DNA from: Histomonas meleagridis 2922-C6/04-290x
Lineage: Eukaryota; Protista; Parabasalia
Length of the DNA: 64,000 bases
Direction of reading: 5' to 3'
NCBI GenBank assembly: GCA_020184695.1
Contig: JAANOX010000002.1
Location: 434,001 to 498,000 of the forward strand
Made by a program: the position numbers and the translations under genes
In this document: piece by piece, positions 10,486-20,500 of the stretch
Layout of the letters: each line of letters begins with the position of its first letter
How positions within the stretch are numbered: position 1 is the stretch's first letter
The notes under the pieces: model-generated
Database searches by the model: none
Told to the model about the DNA's origin: nothing
What the model saw: only the letters and a program-made list of their open reading frames with translations

Positions 10486-10683
10486 AAGCCACTTTTTTTT
10501 TACATCTAGACAAGGAAATATAGAAATAGTTAAATTACTTATTGAACATGAAGGAATAAATGTTAACTTTAAAAATATTGTTTTATTTTGTTTAAAATTT
10601 GTTTTAATTATATGATAATTTTTCGTTATATTCGGAAATTATTCAATTTATTTGATACAGCACTTATGATTTCAAAGAAATAA
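10486..10683 (+). pseudogene. Diverged solo ankyrin + 80-nt spacer + TALM relic
   Basis: KPLFF(+1 T)TSRQGNIEIVKLLIEHEGINVNFKN, then spacer 10577-10656, then ACA GCA CTT ATG at 10657. Confidence 0.75.
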
Positions 10684-11005
10684 TAGGCTTATTTCATAAA
10701 CATACTCAAGTTGATCCCAATTTCCAATCTGGAATGATTTTGTAATATGCAGTTTTTTTTTCTTGCAAAGACATAATAAAATTGGCAGGATGCCCACTAA
10801 ACGCTAGTATCAAACAACTGTCACTTCAAATAATTTAAATAATTTTCAAATATTATTTTTAAACATCAAATTATTAAAAGAAATTTTATATTAATATTAT
10901 TGGAATTGATATCAAAAATCGTTCCAAATTGCCATTTTAATTTTTTTTTATTTACCATATTAAAACGATCATTTTATATCACAATTCACACAAAACCGTT
11001 AATTT

Positions 11006-13435
11006 GTGAAATCCCATTTAAACGTTCTTTTCAATATTATATCGTTACGGCACTTTTCTAAACATTGTTTTGTCTCTTGCATGGAAAACCCAATAACTTC
11101 TACAGATGAACAAGATCCTATGCTTAAGTATACCAAACTTGAGCTTTCTTTTCCTCCCAAGCCAACTAATAGGAAAATAAACCAAGATCCAAACGAGCAA
11201 CCACAAATTTCTGCTTTTGCATCTTGCAATAAATACTTTGCATGCGGACTTTATGATGGTAGGGTTTTCGTATTTCGTCATGGTGAATCAGTTCCTGTTT
11301 ATAATATTTTTCAAAATCAAAGAACATGTTCGCTTTGCTTTGATCCCACAGGTGATATTTTACTTGCATCATTTTATGGAGGCACATTAATAGCACAAGA
11401 TTATTCAGCTCCATCAATCAAAGAATATACATATAATCACAAGTGCTCAATACCTAGTTCTATTTCTCCATGCGCAATTGATCCTGACTTTAAGCAATGT
11501 AGTGACATTTCATGCATTTATTATTCAGCAAATGAAAATGTTATTATTCGATTAAAACCAGGAATTTCATTCTTACGCCATGCAGGACATTCTGATCCTA
11601 TTGAACTTGCGCGTGGTGTATCTAACGTTACAGCTATTTCATGGAAGGGTGATTTTATTGTATGGACAAGTAAGGATAGTATTACTGTTTACCGAGCATC
11701 ACGTAATGAAAAAATCTTTAACATTAACACAGCAAATCCTAAAAATCAGCCACGTAACAGCAACATTAATTATTTGCATGATTCCATATTATTCAATACC
11801 AATGATTCATTGACTGTTTTATATAAAAGTGACATATTTACTGTTCAAATTTCTTCTAAACAATATCATGTTAAACATACAAATGAAATCATATTGGACA
11901 TGACAAAAACTCCATCACTTACAGCTAAACTTCTTGAATTATCCAAACTAACAATTCAAGTTGATAATAAAGGAACGATACTTAATGAGGCAATACCAGA
12001 GAAAACTGACCTCACAAAATACTTTTGCATATGTCCAAATCGCAACGACTTATACTTTGCAAACTCAACCAGTGTATTTAGTGTTACACGATTTACAGAT
12101 TCAGAGCGAATTCTTTTTTATTTAGACCAACGTAAAATGGACACATGTCTTAAGCAATTTGAGTCCATTAAAGATTCACTTCCATCGGATGAAAAGCTTA
12201 ATTTGTTATTCAAAATCATCCAAGTTCTTTTTGAGCTTAATCAACCAGAACGTGCCACAGAGATCTGTAAGACCCTAAAAACTGATCAAGAGTGGGGTAA
12301 AATGATTATTTTCTTTCGGCAACTTGACAAATTACATTACATTGCTCCAATAGTTCCACTTGATAAACTTAACTTAGATCCCTCAGTGACTACAGAGATC
12401 TTAATTATCATTGCAAAGAATGAGAAACCCGAAGTATTTTGCCAAATATTCGACAACTTAACACCCGACAAATACATTGCTTCAAGTTTAATGTACACAG
12501 TTACTGAAAAGTCCGAAGAACATACAGAGTTTAATATTCCTAAGATGAAACTACAACATCTTTTACAAGAACATTCCAAAGCATTTACTACTGCCTTATC
12601 AATTGGTTATAAAGATTTCTTTAAAGATATCCAAACATATAATCAATATTCATATCTTAAAGAACATTTTGGAGAGATATTAAAAGTATATCCCGAGTTC
12701 CCCAATTTTTTAATGGAACATTTAGATCAATGTCCACCATTAGAGATTCTTAAACAAGTTAAAGTTGAACTTAATAATACCAAACGAATTACTGACAAAC
12801 AAAAGTCTAAGCAACAAATGGAATTAATCGACAATTTCAAGATGAATTATTTAGATAATTTATATGAAATTAAGTCTCCAATTTTATTACAGAATGAACA
12901 AATTGGTACAGAGTTAGCGTTAATGTATATCAAATGTAAAAGTAATAAAACATTAAATTACTTAAAGACGACAGGTAACTTTAATGTATTGGCAGTATTC
13001 GAAGCTGCTAAAGAACAAGGCATGTATCAAGAGGCCGCATATCTATGCAAGTTATCAGGTGATAGAGTGCAAGGAATGAAAATACATTTGCAATACTTGG
13101 ATGACCCGATTTCGACGATAGAATATGCTAAAGATTGCGACGATAACGAAGTATATAAGTTATTGATAGAACATTCATATAAAAACCCAAAGTATATGGA
13201 GTGCATGCTCGAGGACTTGTCCAACTTGAACATTAACCCGGTGAGGTATATAGAGGGAATACCTGACGTAAAAATGATTAATAACTTCGAAAAATTGGCT
13301 GCTAAAAGTGTAAAGGAATATAAAAGAAAATTGAGTACAGCACAGCTGTCCCAGGAAATAGTGTCAAAAGATGCTTTTGGTGCTTTCAAAAGAAGTTTTA
13401 ATAACTATATAATGGGCAAAAAAACACATTTTTAA
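11006..13435 (+). CDS. VPS41: Vps41-like HOPS subunit (N-terminal WD40 propeller + helical repeat); likely start ATG 11081
   Basis: Propeller motifs (FACGLYDGRV, WKGDFIVW) followed by an alpha-solenoid C-terminus ending AIEYAK-like (TIEYAKDCDDNEVYKLLIE). Confidence 0.65.
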   Translation: MKSHLNVLFNIISLRHFSKHCFVSCMENPITSTDEQDPMLKYTKLELSFPPKPTNRKINQDPNEQPQISAFASCNKYFACGLYDGRVFVFRHGESVPVYNIFQNQRTCSLCFDPTGDILLASFYGGTLIAQDYSAPSIKEYTYNHKCSIPSSISPCAIDPDFKQCSDISCIYYSANENVIIRLKPGISFLRHAGHSDPIELARGVSNVTAISWKGDFIVWTSKDSITVYRASRNEKIFNINTANPKNQPRNSNINYLHDSILFNTNDSLTVLYKSDIFTVQISSKQYHVKHTNEIILDMTKTPSLTAKLLELSKLTIQVDNKGTILNEAIPEKTDLTKYFCICPNRNDLYFANSTSVFSVTRFTDSERILFYLDQRKMDTCLKQFESIKDSLPSDEKLNLLFKIIQVLFELNQPERATEICKTLKTDQEWGKMIIFFRQLDKLHYIAPIVPLDKLNLDPSVTTEILIIIAKNEKPEVFCQIFDNLTPDKYIASSLMYTVTEKSEEHTEFNIPKMKLQHLLQEHSKAFTTALSIGYKDFFKDIQTYNQYSYLKEHFGEILKVYPEFPNFLMEHLDQCPPLEILKQVKVELNNTKRITDKQKSKQQMELIDNFKMNYLDNLYEIKSPILLQNEQIGTELALMYIKCKSNKTLNYLKTTGNFNVLAVFEAAKEQGMYQEAAYLCKLSGDRVQGMKIHLQYLDDPISTIEYAKDCDDNEVYKLLIEHSYKNPKYMECMLEDLSNLNINPVRYIEGIPDVKMINNFEKLAAKSVKEYKRKLSTAQLSQEIVSKDAFGAFKRSFNNYIMGKKTHF

Positions 13436-13919
13436 ATAAGTAAAGTTTTGAACTATAAAGTGTTTTGTGTACGTTACAGGGAAAGTGTCAAAAGGATTTT
13501 TTCTATTCGTAATAAATATAAAGTGTAATGTTTGTGCGTTTTGCAGTGAAATGTTGTTTGTGAAATAAAATATGTTTTACAATGTAATGTCATTTGTGTA
13601 ATAAAATATGTTTTGCAATGTTTTACTTATCAAATAAAATAAAAAATTAAATTGCTTTTCTTTTATGAAGAGTTGTATTAACGAAATCAGAGTTATATAT
13701 AAAATAATAAAGAGTTCATCCATGTGTATATATTCTTCGAAAGCTCATTTTCAGCAATAACAATAAAAATAAATACAAAAAGTTACAGAGATCCAAAATG
13801 TATTAATGAAACACGTATAATATTTCGCACATGTTCATGATCATATTAATATTTTGCAACATAAAACCAAAAAAAAAACCAGAAAGATAAATGAATTTGT
13901 GGATAAATAAGTTTAGTTC

Positions 13920-14723
13920 CTAAAGAAATGAGTATAGATCTTCTCTATGAAGGCCATAATCTAGATCAAAGTTTGGTGGCACGAACGAAGATGCAGCTTG
14001 CGAATCAGCATCAATCGTTTGTAGTTCTTCATCTGTCAGAATCGAACGTATTTCGGGTGTAACAGTTTCATTTTTGTTTTGCGCATTTATTGTCGGCACT
14101 TCGATTTCATCATTTTGAGCATTTGGATGTGTGTCACGTGGTGGTATCAATGGGGCGTCAAGGTCTTCTTCTGTTTGAGTTGGTTCTTGTGAGTTGTGCT
14201 GTGTTTTTTGTATAATTTCTGTTTTGTATTGTTCAAGATTTTGCTTTTCATTGTTCCAAATTTCATAAAGCTCATGAAGTGCCGAATTAGTTGCATCTGG
14301 GTCATTACTTGATATTGTGTTTTGCAATTTAGCAACTGATGAATTGAGTTTAGTGATAATTGTATGATATTGAGAAACTACACGTTGAATATCATGGGTT
14401 GATTGATTCGGTGGTGGTAATGTGGAGGGCTCATGAGAATTTGTTGCAGGTGAAGGTGAAGATTGTTGTTGACTTAATGATTCACGAGATGGAACAAGAT
14501 TAATTTTGGCGCCGTTTGAAATGTTGTAATGAGAAAGATTTGAGTCATTACTTAGAGCTCTTCCTTTATATATAAAACGCATTTTTTCGATTGGAATATC
14601 TGTATAATCAGATACTAGAATTTTTAACGATTCTACTTCAATGTTTTCTGGAACAGACATCTCAACTGGTTCGGTATTTCCGAGGATTTTGATAGAAATA
14701 TCAATTAAATCAATATCCTCCAT
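13920..14723 (-). CDS. Protein with N-terminal ubiquitin-like domain and low-complexity/helical C-terminus
   Basis: ISIKIL...VESLKILVSDYTDIPIEKMRFIYKGRALSNDSNLSHYNISNGAKINLV matches the UBL pattern. Confidence 0.75.
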   Translation of the reverse strand: MEDIDLIDISIKILGNTEPVEMSVPENIEVESLKILVSDYTDIPIEKMRFIYKGRALSNDSNLSHYNISNGAKINLVPSRESLSQQQSSPSPATNSHEPSTLPPPNQSTHDIQRVVSQYHTIITKLNSSVAKLQNTISSNDPDATNSALHELYEIWNNEKQNLEQYKTEIIQKTQHNSQEPTQTEEDLDAPLIPPRDTHPNAQNDEIEVPTINAQNKNETVTPEIRSILTDEELQTIDADSQAASSFVPPNFDLDYGLHREDLYSFL

Positions 14724-14739
14724 TAACTGGCGACAAGGT

Positions 14740-14747
14740 GACCGTTT
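14740..14747. promoter_or_regulatory. M3 (Myb-like) promoter motif
   Basis: GACCGTTT 17 nt upstream of the UBL gene ATG. Matching motifs lie upstream of other genes at 10994, 27740, 43526 and 46931. Confidence 0.5.
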
Positions 14748-15040
14748 AAAAGTACTGTAAGCCGTTTAAGTTTTTCAAATTTTTATATTTTTGGTGTGTA
14801 ATTCGAATAAAAATAGTCACAATTTTCTCATAAAAATAAATCAAGATGTTATATAACTTTCAATGAAGATTTAATATTTATAATGATTTATATAAAGCCA
14901 CTGAAAAATCAAAATGTATATATGTTTCTAAGAATATTAAAAAGAAAAATTTTATTGAAAATAAATTTATTATTTACATGTGGCAACTATACACAAATTT
15001 TTTGATACTTTTAAAAATTTTTATTACATCAAAAAAATAA

Positions 15041-16891
15041 ATGTTGTTTGTTATTACATATTTCATTATATCTAATGGTATAATTTATCTAGATGCAAAT
15101 ATTAATGATAAAGGAAATGTTAATTTGAAATGGACAGGTAACCAAACAGAAAATTTAACATATGTTGTATATAGATCACAAGATCAAGGGTTAAATTGGG
15201 AATCAATTAGCTCTTTTAATTTTAACCATACTAAAAGAATAAAAGTTCTAAATGTTTACAATGATGATTCTTCTGATAATTTAATGCAAGAAGTTACTTT
15301 TTATTATCGTAATAAGACAAAATTTAAAACTAAATTATCAGCAATTTTAAAAATTTGGATGGAAGGAGGAGAATTCATATGTCATGATAATATTACACTC
15401 TTCTTTAATCCAATTGGATACAATCCATATACAAATCAGCAAATAATTTGTGTAGATCTTATTCCACTTAATGAATTTGATAAGTTTTCGCTAGATGAAA
15501 TGATGAAATATGATGTTATAGTTTTTGGCTTTTGGGTAAATTATGGGGATTTATATCCAAAAGAACAAACAATCAATCGAATTAACAAATATATTGACTT
15601 AGGTTATGGTGTATTGCTTTCTCATGGCTTACTAAGAAGGAGTTTGAATAATAACTTAGGTTTTAATAAAATTTCAGAAAAGTTTGGAATAATGCCTGGT
15701 ATAATTCCAAAAAATGCTTTTAAAGATGTTTACCGTTATAAAGGAAATGAATTATGCGGCGATTATTATGCACATAATATTAAGTTATCTAGGAATATGT
15801 TTACAGATTATCCGAATTCAATTGATTTTTATAATGCTGAAATTCCAACCCAATTTTATACACATCATAATGTTGCATTTGGTGATGTTTGGATTGAAAC
15901 AGATAATATAACTTTTCGTGAAAATAAAAATGTAAAATATGAAAACTTAAGTGAACTTATATGGAAAATTCCAGGGAAAGGATCTAAAAAAGGAAATCCA
16001 TTTTTCTATTTGACAACATTAAATAATACAGCAATGATAAACGTAGGAGGTAAACCAGTGTGTTTATTAGATATGGAAGAAATAAAAATCATAGCAAACA
16101 CAATCTATTATTTAGTTCAGAGAACACATAATGATAATTCGATAGATTTTTCATTTAAATATACTACAATTCCAAAAATCTCAATGCTTACAAATAAAAA
16201 TAGAATGCTTGTGATAACTTTAGCAGAACAAAGGAAAAAATATGTTTATAAAGTCATTGGTAGATCTCATGATGGAAAAATTAGTGTTACCTCAAATCAT
16301 GCTCAAATTAAATATGAAGCAAATATTAAATATTTATATATCATTGATGATATGAACAAAACTCAAATCACTTTCAAAAATCATATGAAAGCTCAACAAA
16401 CTTATAAAAATATTGAAATTAATGAAACTCATAAAGGAAAGTTCATACATATCGCTGCAATAAATCAATATGGAATTATGAGTAACACAATACACTTTTA
16501 TATTCATAGCATAGATTCAAAATATCAAACACAATATTATTCACTATATGACAATCAAACTATAACAACGTTAAATCTCGAACCTAAAAATAAAAAGCGA
16601 AATATTAAAAGACATAAGCAAAATTATTCAAATCAAAAAACTTTTACTCAAAAATCTATTAATACACAAAATCAAACTCTAAACCAAATGAATTCGGCTC
16701 TCAATGTACAAAAGAAAAAAACGCAAAATCAAGACAATGATACTCACATTAATAACAACTCTAAAATAGTAAGATTTCCAATAATTTTAGCAATAGTGAT
16801 TACACTTGTAGCTATAACTTTTTTAGTTATATTATATTGGATATGGAAAAAAACTCATAATCAGAAAAACGAAGAAACACCACCAATATAA
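15041..16891 (+). CDS. Type I membrane/surface protein with putative bacterial-like extracellular domain
   Basis: Hydrophobic N-terminus, C-terminal TM (IILAIVITLVAITFLVILYWIW) and internal YDVIVFGFW...GYGVLLSHG segment. Confidence 0.6.
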   Translation: MLFVITYFIISNGIIYLDANINDKGNVNLKWTGNQTENLTYVVYRSQDQGLNWESISSFNFNHTKRIKVLNVYNDDSSDNLMQEVTFYYRNKTKFKTKLSAILKIWMEGGEFICHDNITLFFNPIGYNPYTNQQIICVDLIPLNEFDKFSLDEMMKYDVIVFGFWVNYGDLYPKEQTINRINKYIDLGYGVLLSHGLLRRSLNNNLGFNKISEKFGIMPGIIPKNAFKDVYRYKGNELCGDYYAHNIKLSRNMFTDYPNSIDFYNAEIPTQFYTHHNVAFGDVWIETDNITFRENKNVKYENLSELIWKIPGKGSKKGNPFFYLTTLNNTAMINVGGKPVCLLDMEEIKIIANTIYYLVQRTHNDNSIDFSFKYTTIPKISMLTNKNRMLVITLAEQRKKYVYKVIGRSHDGKISVTSNHAQIKYEANIKYLYIIDDMNKTQITFKNHMKAQQTYKNIEINETHKGKFIHIAAINQYGIMSNTIHFYIHSIDSKYQTQYYSLYDNQTITTLNLEPKNKKRNIKRHKQNYSNQKTFTQKSINTQNQTLNQMNSALNVQKKKTQNQDNDTHINNNSKIVRFPIILAIVITLVAITFLVILYWIWKKTHNQKNEETPPI

Positions 16892-17504
16892 GCATGAAGT
16901 ACTTGAACAGTAAAACTAAATAAACATTTTTTTACTAATCGTAAACATCTTTTTATTAAAAGAAATTGATAAACTAATAAAAAGTATAATATTGTGATTG
17001 TAACTTTTCATCAAATTTACCTGATTGATTAATAGCTTTTGGAACTTCTGGATTTTTGCATGTAAAAAGTGGTGTTTGTCCATTTTTATCTTTTATATTA
17101 GATCAATTCCTGCTTTCAAAATTTTAGCAATTTCTGGATATTTACAACCGAAAAGTGGTTTTTTTGTTATTTCATAACAAATTCTTTGTATCTTTTATAA
17201 TTTTTTTTTGCAATTTTTGAATTCTTGTATCCAAAAACCGATTTATAAATTTTATCTTTGGCATTTGTACAAACCTGATTCTTGAATTCGCATTTAAGAT
17301 TAAAAAATGACTTTTTTTGAAACACTATAAGAAAATAATTGATGTTGAGTTAGCATTAAAATCTTTATTTTCTTGGTAAAACTTAGAAGTCTTCGTGTTT
17401 ACTTGAAAACGGGTGAGATTTACATTAACATCTTTTAAACGTGCATTAAGTTGAATGGATAGTCAATTTTTTTAGGTCCGTTTCATGTATGGCGGTTTTC
17501 TTAG

Positions 17505-20500
17505 ATGCTTCTTCTTTTCCCTATTTTTGGATGCTCAATCTTTAAGATATCACATTTAAATGCCTTGTTACCTTTCAAAGATCCAAAAAGCATAAAAACA
17601 CCTCATTTTACAATCACAGCAGAAGGAAGTTGCGCAAATTGGACTTCATTAAATCCATCAATAATTAGAGTTATTCCAAATTATGAAACCCCAAAGTGCT
17701 CTCAATCTGCACTTGTTGAAGTTGTCACTACTGGTCCAAAACGTAAAACAACAGCGATTATTGTTGAATCAGATTCTGGCTCAACTCTAAAATGCGATAT
17801 TTTTGTTGACTATGTCACAAATGTATCTGTATTAACAACCACAAAATCTATTTATGTAGAATCCTCTTATGAAACACTCTCAGTTCAAGGTTATGATTCA
17901 GAAAATAATGTTTTTACAAGTTTAGAAGGAATAGACACAAAGTGGAAGATAGACAATGAACACTTAAAAACAGTTGCTGCAGCAGATGCCAAAGTTACTC
18001 TTCCAAACATCAACGCAAATAAATCAGCATGTTTAATTGTTCAAGGAACCAAAGTTGGCCAAACGTGGGCCACTGTTTCACTTAGTAATGGTCTTACAGC
18101 CAAAGCTGATTTAGTTGTCGTTGAACCAATTTCACTCTTTCCCTCACCGATAGTTTATATTTTACCATATTCGCATATACCATTTAAACTCTGCTCCATT
18201 CGGGGCACCATTGACTCTGAGTTGGAATATCAATGTGTTTCAGAGATTTCTCTTCCATCGAAACAATATCGATTTAACACATCGAATCCAACCGTTTTAA
18301 CCGTTGACCAATCTGCTTATGGCAGTTCATATATTGAAGGCGTTGCCACTGTTTATGCGATTGATAATGCTATATCAGACAATGTTGCCATGTCGTTAGT
18401 ATATGTAGCATATCCATATCGAGCTGAGCAAGAAGTTCAATACATTGCATTAGGAGATGATCCTATTTTTGATCCAATATTATACACTAGAGATGGACAT
18501 ATAATTAAAACATATGAACCAATCAAATGGGAAATAGAAGGGAAATGGGATACGATTGGTCGCAAAGAAATCATTTTAAGATATCATGATTTTTCATTCA
18601 TTGCAATTGTCATAGTATGTCCACCAATTAAATTCGATCATGATGAAGTTGTTCTTCCACAAAGTTACTCAGGATTTCCACTTCATTTATCAGGCGGCTC
18701 TGGTAATTATAGTTTTGTTATTGAGAATCCTTCTTTACTTGATTATTCTAATTCTCGTATACAAACTTATAAAGAAGGTATCACAAAAATCCGTGCATAT
18801 GATCGTTTAATACGAAAATATGAAACATTTTGTACAGTTATAATTAGCAAAGTTGAATATGTTGACATCAAACTCGAAAAACGTGAACTGTTGATCGGCT
18901 CCACTTTTTCACCGAAATGTGATGTGTTCGCCATTGAAAAACGACGGTTTTCGGTTGAGGTGATGTCAAGGTTTGTATCGGAGCAAACAGAAATCGTTTC
19001 ATCGAAATTGATAGCACTCCATCCAGGTTTTTCAAATATTATGTGTTCAGCAGAAGGTACCACCTCTGAAAGTATTAAAGTTAGTGTTGCAGATTATTTA
19101 CGAGTTGAAATGAAAGGACGAACATCACCAAACTCTATAACGCCAATAACAATTGCAGGCGGAGTATTACAATGGCCAAATTCACCACCACCTTCATTAA
19201 ATATAACTTGTCCAGGAGCTAATACGACAATATTACAACATAATCATTTCTCTATAGATAGTGAATATAATGGGGAATGCGAAGTGACAATGCAAAACAA
19301 GAAAACACATTTAAATCCAGAGCCATTAGTTTTAACGCAAAAGTTCCATTTAGATTGTTCGAAAGTTAATTACTTAAAACTTCATGTTGTTGATGAAAAA
19401 GCATCGACATTTAAAGAATGTAATTCACCACCACAAAAGTTAACAAGTAATGTTTCCAACTTATATAAAATAGTACCAGATCATTTACATAAGTTATATG
19501 TATTTGCACATGATATATATGATAACATTATTAATTATTATTCGATAATTACATTCGAATTAAGAACAAGTAATAATCAAATACTTAAGCCTCTAGATAC
19601 ACATGGATTTGATGGTGAAACAATATATCATTTCGTGCCTCGTCAAGATGTTGATTTATCTGTTGTGTCACCTGATTTAGAGACTGTAATTGTATCATTA
19701 AAATCAATTTTACCATTTTATACAGAAACTTCAAAAACAGTTTATCATGTCCCAAATAAAAATTATACGTTCCATATCGAAGGTGGTTCAGGTTTATTCC
19801 AAACAACTACAGAGAACAGTTATATTTATAAAGATAATTTAATTGTATATCCCAAAAACTCTGGAATTACACATTATAATTTAAGTGATTTATGTACTGA
19901 TTATCAACCATTAGATATTGAGTTGAATTCAATTGTTGTTAAAACATTAGAAATTATCGCACCTACTTCAATACCTGTTGGCATCGAATTCCAACCAATT
20001 GTTAATGCTTATGATGAAGATCATAACTTAATACCATTTGATTTATTAAAATATGCCGAAATTAAATTAATACCAAATGAAGCAGAACAAATTAATATTA
20101 ATACATGGAAACTTATACCAACTAAAACAGGAATTTTAACATTAATAGCTAAAGCTTCAAATGGAGTAACAGCTGAATTAAATGTTACTGTAATAAAACC
20201 TTTATTAATATCACCACAATATATTACATTACTTCCGGGTGAAACAGAACATTTAACAATAATTGAAGGTCCTTCTGATATTGAATTTAATTATGGCGAT
20301 GGTAAAATAGCCGAAATTAATGGGTTAGAAGTTATAGCTAATAATCCAGGAAAAGTTATAATTAATGCAACAATTAAAGGTATTGATGGAATTCAACCAT
20401 TCCCTATTTATGTTAAAGTATTAACACCAATATCACTAGAAATAATACCATCTACAAAAGAAGTTATTGAAGAAGGATTATTGATATTAAACTTAATTGT

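Noticed and set aside
13436-13625. Spliced C-terminal RING exon for Vps41 (CNVC/FC motifs downstream)
   Set aside because: No parabasalid intron signature and no complete RING spacing; it looks like a GT-rich 3' flank with short duplications.
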